A stretch of DNA of 64,000 bases from an uncultured Chitinophagaceae bacterium (GTDB lineage Bacteria; Bacteroidota; Bacteroidia; Chitinophagales; Chitinophagaceae): positions 5,399-69,398 of the forward strand of contig CBKWHA010000002.1 of assembly GCA_966674115.1 (NCBI GenBank), given 5' to 3'. The position numbers were made by a program, and so were the translations under genes. Positions 56,965 to 64,000 of the stretch are shown piece after piece. The notes beneath the pieces are model-generated. The model searched no databases. It saw only the letters and a list, made by a program, of their open reading frames with translations, and was not told the origin of the DNA. Numbering within the stretch: position 1 is the first letter of the stretch; each line of letters starts with the position of its first letter.

Positions 56965-59784
56965 TTACTTCTTTTCTTTTTCATTGATTCCGGAAGTATA
57001 TTTTTCATGCAGCGCAAATAAAAATGTCATCCTGTTGGTTTCATTAGAAAAAGGCTGCAATCGGTAACATTGATCTACTGCTTTATCAAGCGTTTCATGA
57101 GCACTTAATAATTGTTGAGGCATTGATGTTGGATGGTATAAATCAGCAAGTGAAATTTTCTTTTGAACAGTTCCATCCTGTAAGTTCTGATAGTAAGACC
57201 TTGCTTTTAATACCCCCTTCGCGGCTTCTTCCACTGCTTTTACCTGCTTTTCATTGGGCGCTTTCGGCCAGGGAAAATTGTTATAATTCAAGGTGTTTGA
57301 ATAGCGGAAGTCGCTTTTAATGCGACCACAGGTATTTTTTACCCAAACAGTATGCATTTCAGAGGTCAGGATGCCAAATTCATATAAAGTTGCATCGGGA
57401 ACGGAGAAGCAGGAGTTATTCAGAATATCGTCTTGCGACATAAATCCAATGGGTATGTACTTCCTGTTTTCAGAAGAATGAGAGGGGATTAAAATATAAT
57501 TACTGGTCGGCTGACGATTTTCTGTAAATAAGGTGGGAAATTCCGCCCATTTTACGGTTGCTTGTTTTGTGCTGCTTAACCTTGTATTCCTGACCCCTTC
57601 TATTCTGGCTTGCACCAGGGGCAATTCATTGAGTTCATCCTGAGTGGCGTCAGCCAGCCAGAGACACCACCTTTTCTCGCCATTAATAAATTCATGCGCG
57701 CTGATAAATGGTTTGATAAAAGGAGCAGCACCTTTTTCCTGCTGTATAAAAACAATCTTTTCTTCGTCTGTTAAAAGAAAATACCCGCCATCTGTTGGTT
57801 GGCTTCCTTTATACATTTTAGAAACTTTACAAATCGGGTTTGGACGTGCAATGATAAACTTATCTTTTCCCTCAACAAGGTAGGGGTTTATATTTTTTGC
57901 TTCAGTCTCAAGCGCTTCACCATTTATATCTTCATAGTCAAATATCAGCTTACCAGTAACATTGAAATTGGCGAAACCTATGATCACAACGTGCACGGCT
58001 GCATTTCCCCTGGCCTCGTTGCTCCATTTGAAGGTGCGGTGCGCAAAATGTATTTTGACGGCATACTTACCATAAAGCTCATTCCATAAAATGCCTACTT
58101 GCTCGCCTTGTGCAATGGAGTTGGTACTTACAAAGGCGGTTTTGGTTTTAATGACTCCATTTAGGTTTTTTTTATGCTTGTCTGGTTGATGGTTAGAATA
58201 TTGATGCATGTATTGAGCAGCCTTGATATACCAGGCGGTAACATAGTCTAGTACACCAGCTCCATTTACATGGGCAAACACCAGTTCCATATCTTCTTTT
58301 TGGAGAACATTTTGCAATTGTTTGCCTACAAAAGGTGGGTTGCCAAAAATGAAATCGAAGCGCTCCGCTCCTTTTTCTTGCGGCCCTTTTTCGATCAGGC
58401 TTTGCCAATCAAAGCGCAGCGCATTGCCATGTTTGATGTTGGCGCTTTTGCTTAAAGGCAAACGCACGTAATAACAGCCAAAGATCTGCGAGGCCTGCAT
58501 GTTCATCTGGTGATCCATTAGCCACATGGCCACCTGGGCAATCTGACAAGGAAACTCTTCATACTCAATACCGTAATAACGGTCCACCTGGCACTTGAGC
58601 AAAACAGATATATCTATACCGGCCTCGGCTGCTACTTCCTCACGAAGCTTCATGTGGCGGAATAACAGCTCTTTTATGATTGCAATTTCTAGAAGACGCA
58701 GCTCCCGGTAGGCAATAATGAGAAAGTTGCCACACCCGCAAGCTGGATCCAAAAAGCGCAGATTACTGATCTTATTATGGAACTGCTGTAGTTTAGTCCG
58801 GCTGGTTTTTATACTTTCAAACTCTTGCCATAGCTTATCCAGGAAAAGGGGCTTAATTAGTTTCAAAATGTTTTTTTCACTCGTATAATGAGCGCCAAGA
58901 TTACGTCTTGCCTTTTCGTCCATTACACTTTGAAATAGTGATCCGAAGATCGCTGGCGAGATGCTGCCCCAATCCAAATGGCAGCACTCCATGATCAATT
59001 TCCGCACCTCGCTATCAAAATTGCAGTGCGGGAGGTTTTCCTCAAACAGCTTTCCATTGATATAGGGAAAAGATTGAACGCTTTCATCCAAAGCGCTGGA
59101 ACGTTTGTCCTTAGGGGTGTTGAGGACTTTGAATAAATGGGTAAGTTGTTGGGCAAGGTCGCTCCCATCTTCTGCTGTATGGGTCTGGATATAATCTAAA
59201 AAGATCCCTTTTTCAAAGATGTTGGTATTATCTGCAAACAATATGAATACCAGCCTGATTAAAAGAACCTCGAGTGGATGCCCTGCATAACCAATACATT
59301 TTAATTTATCATGCAAAACTCCCATCAGCTCCGCAGCCTCTATGTTTACAGGATCCAGTTCTTTGAAAGGACGTAACTGGTAACCAGCCAGAAAGTCGAA
59401 AAAATGGACGTGGTTCACAAATTCAGACAGCGGGAATTTTGTTTGGGTATCATTTTCAAGATTGTTTAGAATAAAATGTACTGAATCATTGGCTAGTGTA
59501 TACGGGGGTTTTTCTTTCCCTGGTAGCTTGGATACGAGTTCTTTACTACGCTCAAATGAATGGTTTTCATTAGTACTGGAGTTTGTCGTGTCAATAAGAA
59601 TAACACCCTTCCAGAGGAGGTTTGAGCCATATTCAAAAGATGCTATACGGCGACGGCTAATGCCAAATACATTCAGAAAATCTGTCCAGAAATGTTTACT
59701 ATTGCTTGTCTTTACTTTCTTTGCTTTCCATTCGTAAGAAAAGTCCAGGGCGCGACTTTTAATTTCACTCCAGCTAAGCGGCAT
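56965..59784 (-). CDS. MmeI-family Type IIL restriction-modification-like enzyme. The N6-adenine methyltransferase motifs are intact and the PD-(D/E)XK nuclease motif is degenerate.
   Basis: 939 aa. It has an MmeI-like N-terminus (MPLSWSEIKSRALDFS...FWTDFLNVFGISRRRIASFEY), motif I FLDPACGCGNFL and motif IV GNPPFVG, followed by a long TRD. The nuclease position reads N55-X9-D65-X-T67. Confidence 0.85.
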   Translation of the reverse strand: MPLSWSEIKSRALDFSYEWKAKKVKTSNSKHFWTDFLNVFGISRRRIASFEYGSNLLWKGVILIDTTNSSTNENHSFERSKELVSKLPGKEKPPYTLANDSVHFILNNLENDTQTKFPLSEFVNHVHFFDFLAGYQLRPFKELDPVNIEAAELMGVLHDKLKCIGYAGHPLEVLLIRLVFILFADNTNIFEKGIFLDYIQTHTAEDGSDLAQQLTHLFKVLNTPKDKRSSALDESVQSFPYINGKLFEENLPHCNFDSEVRKLIMECCHLDWGSISPAIFGSLFQSVMDEKARRNLGAHYTSEKNILKLIKPLFLDKLWQEFESIKTSRTKLQQFHNKISNLRFLDPACGCGNFLIIAYRELRLLEIAIIKELLFRHMKLREEVAAEAGIDISVLLKCQVDRYYGIEYEEFPCQIAQVAMWLMDHQMNMQASQIFGCYYVRLPLSKSANIKHGNALRFDWQSLIEKGPQEKGAERFDFIFGNPPFVGKQLQNVLQKEDMELVFAHVNGAGVLDYVTAWYIKAAQYMHQYSNHQPDKHKKNLNGVIKTKTAFVSTNSIAQGEQVGILWNELYGKYAVKIHFAHRTFKWSNEARGNAAVHVVIIGFANFNVTGKLIFDYEDINGEALETEAKNINPYLVEGKDKFIIARPNPICKVSKMYKGSQPTDGGYFLLTDEEKIVFIQQEKGAAPFIKPFISAHEFINGEKRWCLWLADATQDELNELPLVQARIEGVRNTRLSSTKQATVKWAEFPTLFTENRQPTSNYILIPSHSSENRKYIPIGFMSQDDILNNSCFSVPDATLYEFGILTSEMHTVWVKNTCGRIKSDFRYSNTLNYNNFPWPKAPNEKQVKAVEEAAKGVLKARSYYQNLQDGTVQKKISLADLYHPTSMPQQLLSAHETLDKAVDQCYRLQPFSNETNRMTFLFALHEKYTSGINEKEKK

Positions 59785-60076
59785 TAATTTCAGCGTTTGT
59801 GCGCAAAATAATTGAAATTGATTGAATCTTGGGTAACTGTAATGAGTAAGGGAAAAGCCTTATTTATTCGTAATTCAATTTATTATCTATTAAAAATTTA
59901 ACCGGTATAGTCGTTGTATTAAAAGATTTCTAATTTGAAATTAAGATGTTTTCGTATTATTTTGCTTGTAGGTAAGTGTTACACTTATTTCAATTCCCCT
60001 TAAACATATAGGAAACCGTTATATTAATAATTTTTCACAAGGCAAGTGACTAATTGCCGTTTCTGTTTGAATTGAT

Positions 60077-60799
60077 ATGAAACGTTTCTTGCTTTATACA
60101 CTGTTGTTTCTTTTGGCCCAGCCTCTTTTTGCGACGTCAATTGTTATTTTGATCACGCCGTATTATGTTGTCATGGGTACAGACAGCAGACGTACTATCC
60201 TGGATGTTAATGCGAATGTTTCAGAGAAGATTTCTGTTTGTAAGATCCACCGGGTAGGCAATTATTGCTTTGCGCTTGCCGGAATGGTGGCATCCCGTAC
60301 TTCTTTTTCAGCAGAGAAGATAATAAACAAGGAGCTCAGGAAAGCCAAAGATTACAACCGCGCTATTGCCAATATTAAAAAAGAGATCAAAAAGGCTTTG
60401 TACACCGAATTTCTATACCAAAAGCAATACCAGCCTGAATTGTATAAAAGATCCGTAGCCTCAAAACAAAACATCCTGGAAATTGCTGTATTAAGCCTTA
60501 AGGATAAAAAGCCACAGGTGCAGATCATAGGCTTCGAGTTTACAGATGAAAATGAGATCGACGTAAAAGATTATATGTCAAGCTGCCCCGGCGATTGTCC
60601 GGCACAACAGTCACAGTTCTACTTTTTAGGTGATTATTCAGGGATTGAAAGGTATTTTGATACACACCCTAAAGTTTCAGATCCTGTATCTTTTGTTGAA
60701 AAATTGATCCAAATTCAATCGCAAACTACTCCTAGCTCAGTATCTGCACCGGTTAATATTGTAAAATTCTCCTCTAACGGGGTTGAATGGATTAAATAA
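60077..60799 (+). CDS. Secreted hypothetical protein with a proteasome-beta/HslV-like Ntn-hydrolase signature (putative)
   Basis: The Sec signal MKRFLLYTLLFLLAQPLFA is followed by TSIVILITPYYVVMGTDSRRT (mature T1, D17, S18, R19), then CKIHRV...ALAG. The CDS itself is solid. The functional call rests on motifs only. Confidence 0.45.
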   Translation: MKRFLLYTLLFLLAQPLFATSIVILITPYYVVMGTDSRRTILDVNANVSEKISVCKIHRVGNYCFALAGMVASRTSFSAEKIINKELRKAKDYNRAIANIKKEIKKALYTEFLYQKQYQPELYKRSVASKQNILEIAVLSLKDKKPQVQIIGFEFTDENEIDVKDYMSSCPGDCPAQQSQFYFLGDYSGIERYFDTHPKVSDPVSFVEKLIQIQSQTTPSSVSAPVNIVKFSSNGVEWIK

Positions 60800-60808
60800 A
60801 ACTACTCA

Positions 60809-61900
60809 TCACTCCACCACTTCCGCAATTTCCTCGCTCTTCATATGCGCATTGCTCATCGAAACACTCCGGGCAACATTGCCTGCTAATTCTATGAAAG
60901 CTCGTTTGGTGATCTCCTCGTCGCTCATCAGAATGGGTACACCTATGTCACCGCCTTCACGGATACTTTGCACAAGTGGAATTTGCCCCAGGAACGGAAT
61001 GTCATATTCTTCTGCCAGGCGTTTTCCACCTTCTTTTCCAAAAATATAATACTTGTTCTCCGGCAACTCTGCTGGCGTGAAATAGCTCATATTTTCCACC
61101 AGTCCGATAATGGGTACATTCAGTTGTGCCTGTCCAAACATGGCTATACCTTTCTTGGCATCGGCAAGGGCAACATCCTGCGGAGTTGTCACCACCACTA
61201 CACCAGTAACTGGTACGGTTTGTACCAAGGTTAAATGGATATCACCTGTGCCGGGCGGCATATCAATTACCAGGTAGTCCAGTTGATCCCAGTAAACATC
61301 AGTAACAAATTGGCGGATGGCACTGCTGGCCATTGGCCCGCGCCAAACTACCGCGTTCTTTTCGTCAACCAGCAAACCAATACTCATTAGCTTCAGACCG
61401 AATCGCTCCAAAGGAACGATCATACCTTTACCTTCCACTTCTACCATCATAGGGCGTTCACCACGAACTCCAAACATAATGGGTACACTGGGACCATAAA
61501 TATCTGCATCCATTAAGCCTACTTTTGCTCCACCTTTTGATAAAGCCAAGGCCAAATTGGCAGCTACAGTGCTTTTGCCAACACCTCCTTTACCACTTAC
61601 AACGGCTATAATATTTTTAACCTTAGGCAGTACACTGCCCTTATCGCTGCGTAACGTAGTAGTGCTCGCTGTAAAATTGACAGTAACAAGCGCATTTTTA
61701 TTGAATGACTGAACAGCGTCTATACAGTTCTTTTTAATCAGCTCTTTCAGAGGGCAGGCTGGTGTGGTCAATACGATTGTGAAGGAAACATAATTACCTT
61801 CAATAGTGAGATCGCGTACCATATTGAGGGTCACGATATCTTTTCCTAGGTCTGGTTCCTGAACGGTGCTTAGTGCTTTGAGCACATCATCTTTGGTCAT
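60809..61900 (-). CDS. apbC: Mrp/NBP35 family iron-sulfur cluster carrier ATPase
   Basis: N-terminal DUF59-like domain, deviant Walker A VVSGKGGVGKST, and ...DMPPGTGD.... Confidence 0.9.
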   Translation of the reverse strand: MTKDDVLKALSTVQEPDLGKDIVTLNMVRDLTIEGNYVSFTIVLTTPACPLKELIKKNCIDAVQSFNKNALVTVNFTASTTTLRSDKGSVLPKVKNIIAVVSGKGGVGKSTVAANLALALSKGGAKVGLMDADIYGPSVPIMFGVRGERPMMVEVEGKGMIVPLERFGLKLMSIGLLVDEKNAVVWRGPMASSAIRQFVTDVYWDQLDYLVIDMPPGTGDIHLTLVQTVPVTGVVVVTTPQDVALADAKKGIAMFGQAQLNVPIIGLVENMSYFTPAELPENKYYIFGKEGGKRLAEEYDIPFLGQIPLVQSIREGGDIGVPILMSDEEITKRAFIELAGNVARSVSMSNAHMKSEEIAEVVE

Positions 61901-61976
61901 ACACGTCTAATTGTTAATGAAGTGGCAAAGTTAATCGAAACAATCAAGCATTATTCTTGTATTCCTTAGGGAGGAT

Positions 61977-61984
61977 TATTTTTG
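61977..61984 (+). promoter_or_regulatory. Candidate -7 box (TAnnTTTG)
   Basis: TATTTTTG lies 6 nt upstream of the ATG at 61990. Confidence 0.3.
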
Positions 61985-61989
61985 AGAGG

Positions 61990-62631
61990 ATGAAAAAAAT
62001 CTATATCGCCCTATTAATTGTCTTTGGTCTTACCCTGAACAAAGCGCACGCACAGTTTGAAACGGTGCGCGATTCTGTGGTTCAGTTGTATGGAATTGTT
62101 ATGACTTCAGATAGCTTGGTGGGTATTCCGGCAGTAAGTGTAACAATCAAGGGACAAGGCCGGGGAACGATTACAAATGCTCAGGGGGTATTCTCAATTG
62201 TTGTACTCAAAGGCGATATAGTTGAGTTTTCACACGTTAGTTACAAGCCAAAAACAGTTGTAATTCCGAAAAACCTGGAAGGAAACCAGTATAGTGTGGT
62301 TCAATTAATGGTTCAGGACACGGTTTACCTGCCTGCCACTATTATTAAACCACGACCCACACCCGAGCAGTTTGCCCGTGACTTTGTGAACTCGAAAGTA
62401 CCCGACGATGATATTGAAATAGCCCGCCAGAACAATAGCGCTGCCAAACGCCGTGTTTTGCTTTCCGTCACACCCGCAGATGCAGGTGAAGCCGCAAACG
62501 TACAATTCCGGAATATTGCAAATAAGGCTTCCTATGCTGGTCAAACACCCCCTCAAAACCTGTTTAACCCTGCTGCCTGGGCAGAATTTATTAAAGCCTG
62601 GAAACGGGGAGATTATAAAAGAAAGAATTAA
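61990..62631 (+). CDS. Secreted carboxypeptidase-regulatory-like (CarbopepD_reg_2) domain protein
   Basis: Signal peptide ending AHAQ, then LYGIVMTSDSLVGIPAVSVTIKGQGRGTITNAQGVFSIVV.KGDIVEFSHVSY. The ATG at 61990 is preferred over the TTG at 61957. Confidence 0.65.
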   Translation: MKKIYIALLIVFGLTLNKAHAQFETVRDSVVQLYGIVMTSDSLVGIPAVSVTIKGQGRGTITNAQGVFSIVVLKGDIVEFSHVSYKPKTVVIPKNLEGNQYSVVQLMVQDTVYLPATIIKPRPTPEQFARDFVNSKVPDDDIEIARQNNSAAKRRVLLSVTPADAGEAANVQFRNIANKASYAGQTPPQNLFNPAAWAEFIKAWKRGDYKRKN

Positions 62632-62724
62632 TTTCTCCTCCCCATTTTCAAATTTTCACATTTTCAAATTGACTAATTACTCATTAGCCAATTATCCCAT
62701 TATTTTGTCGTTTAAATACAACTG

Positions 62725-63699
62725 ATGAAACAAATTAAATGGGGAATTATCGGCTGCGGAGATGTAACTGAGGTAAAGAGCGGACCAGCTTTTAATAAAG
62801 TACCAGGTTCTAAATTAGTTGCGGTTATGCGGAGGAATGCCGAAAAAGCAAAGGACTATGCTCAAAGACATGGTGTCGGAAAATGGTACAGCAATGCACA
62901 GGAACTTATTGAAGATGAAGAAGTAAATGCTATTTATGTGGCAACACCCCCCTCCTCTCATGAAGAATATACAATCCAGGCTTTAAAAAAAGGAAAACCT
63001 GTTTATGTAGAAAAACCTATGGCCTTGGATACAACATCTGCCCAAAGAATGTTGCAGGTGTCTAAGGAAACAGGCGTTAAACTCACTATCGCACATTACC
63101 GTCGTGAGCAACCTGTATTTTTAAAAGTTAAAGAATTTTTAAAGAAAAAAGCCATTGGAGATGTCCGCTTCATCAATCTCCGCTACTGGCAGCCTGCTTC
63201 ATCTTACAATCTCGCAAGTGAAAGTATTCAATGGCGGGTTGATCCTGCAATTGCAGGTGGCGGCATTTTCCACGACATTGCACCACATCAAATCGATTTG
63301 ATGCTCTATTATTTTGGAAGAGTGAAAGCAGTAAATGGATTTTCCCTGAACCAGGCAGGCTTTTATAAAGCAGATGATTTGGTTACAGGACAGATACTCT
63401 TTGAAAGTGGCATCATCTTTAACGGTACTTGGTGCTTTACGGTGGCACCATCCGAACGTCAGGATATCTGTGAGATCATTGGATCAAAAGGCAAGATCAC
63501 TTTCCCTGTTTTCGGCAATTTTGAAATCAGCCTCACTCAAAACAATAAGTCCAGAACAATCAGTTATGATAAAATTCCGCACGTTCAGCAACCAATGATA
63601 GCAAAAGTTGTAGAATACTTTTTAAACAAAATACCCAATCCATGCCCGCCAGAAGATGGCGTGGAAGTCATGAAGATAATGCAGGAAATGAGCAGGTAA
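62725..63699 (+). CDS. Gfo/Idh/MocA family oxidoreductase
   Basis: Rossmann N-terminus IKWGIIGCGDV, ...AIYVATPPSSH... and ...VYVEKPMA. Confidence 0.9.
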   Translation: MKQIKWGIIGCGDVTEVKSGPAFNKVPGSKLVAVMRRNAEKAKDYAQRHGVGKWYSNAQELIEDEEVNAIYVATPPSSHEEYTIQALKKGKPVYVEKPMALDTTSAQRMLQVSKETGVKLTIAHYRREQPVFLKVKEFLKKKAIGDVRFINLRYWQPASSYNLASESIQWRVDPAIAGGGIFHDIAPHQIDLMLYYFGRVKAVNGFSLNQAGFYKADDLVTGQILFESGIIFNGTWCFTVAPSERQDICEIIGSKGKITFPVFGNFEISLTQNNKSRTISYDKIPHVQQPMIAKVVEYFLNKIPNPCPPEDGVEVMKIMQEMSR

Positions 63700-63859
63700 A
63701 TTGAGTTCTGGGATCAGCCTGGGTTTTGTGATGAAACCTATTGTAAATGGTAAAAGACTTTCTTATCTTTATATAGGAATGAACGTAAAATAATCCGCCC
63801 AACTCCTCCTTTATTTAAATTGGAACGGTGTTTGAAATATTACAACTAAAATTGTGAGT

Positions 63860-64000
63860 ATGTTTCCGACGTGGATTTTTATCATGATGATAGCGTTTAT
63901 CTGTTATCTTTTATATATCACCCGGCCCAATGAAGACAGCCTGAGTGTGATTGGCAAAAATCAGTTGAAAAAGCTTCAGTATTGGATAAGGGAAAAAATA
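63860..64000 (+). CDS. 5' end of a hypothetical membrane protein (runs off the window)
   Basis: The ATG at 63860 opens a frame that stays open to the window end: MFPTWIFIMMIAFICYLLYITRPNEDSL.... Only 47 codons are visible. Confidence 0.35.
   Translation, partial: MFPTWIFIMMIAFICYLLYITRPNEDSLSVIGKNQLKKLQYWIREKI

Noticed and set aside
56965-60799. Treating the MmeI-like gene and the divergent proteasome-like gene as one defence system
   Set aside because: The only link is adjacency across a 292-nt divergent spacer. One product is predicted cytoplasmic and DNA-directed, and the other is predicted to be exported. There are no flanking repeats, mobile genes or further defence genes. The idea would need conserved synteny to revive.
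1-64000. Search for tRNA, rRNA, tmRNA, RNase P RNA, CRISPR arrays and IS elements
   Set aside because: I saw no T-arm GGTTCGAATCC-like motif in any intergenic region and no GAGGAAAGTCC (RNase P). There are no regularly spaced direct repeats and no transposase- or integrase-like ORFs. This was only an eye scan, so tRNAscan-SE, Infernal, CRISPR-finder and ISfinder runs would be decisive.

Overview
This 64-kb window reads as core chromosome of a Bacteroidota bacterium, probably Chitinophagia- or Sphingobacteriia-like. That placement is an inference from gene content, TAnnTTTG -7 boxes close to start codons, a hybrid receiver/AraC regulator and PorT-type beta-barrel proteins. About 60 protein genes are densely packed on both strands and most are housekeeping: prfB (its +1 programmed frameshift is directly visible), pruA, pyrR-pyrB, coaD, pyrE, a P-type cation ATPase, pfkB, the membrane pyrophosphatase hppA, a phospho-sugar mutase, pcm, a penicillin-acylase-family hydrolase, sdaA, ald, nnr, serA, gyrA, a saccharopine-dehydrogenase-like gene, a ureohydrolase, a radical SAM gene, folC, fbp and apbC/mrp. 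By eye I recognised no rRNA, tRNA, CRISPR array, transposase, integrase or phage genes. I did not find a convincing multi-gene novel system. The items most worth a second look are: (1) 60077-60799, a signal-peptide-bearing protein whose predicted mature N-terminus (Thr) and following segments match the proteasome-beta/HslV Ntn-hydrolase signature. (2) 56965-59784, a full-length MmeI-family Type IIL enzyme with intact methyltransferase motifs but substitutions at two of three nuclease catalytic positions. (3) 3414-4421, an orphan protein with class-I isoprenoid-synthase Asp-rich motifs. (4) 46915-49919, a tightly coupled ureohydrolase / membrane protein / radical-SAM cluster. (5) 12301-13184, an 884-nt ORF-free, very AT-rich gap next to a BlaI/BlaR1-type pair. 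(6) G-depleted intergenic tracts that share short motifs and lie where intrinsic terminators are missing. All family assignments come from reading the translations and from remembered motifs. No database search was run.
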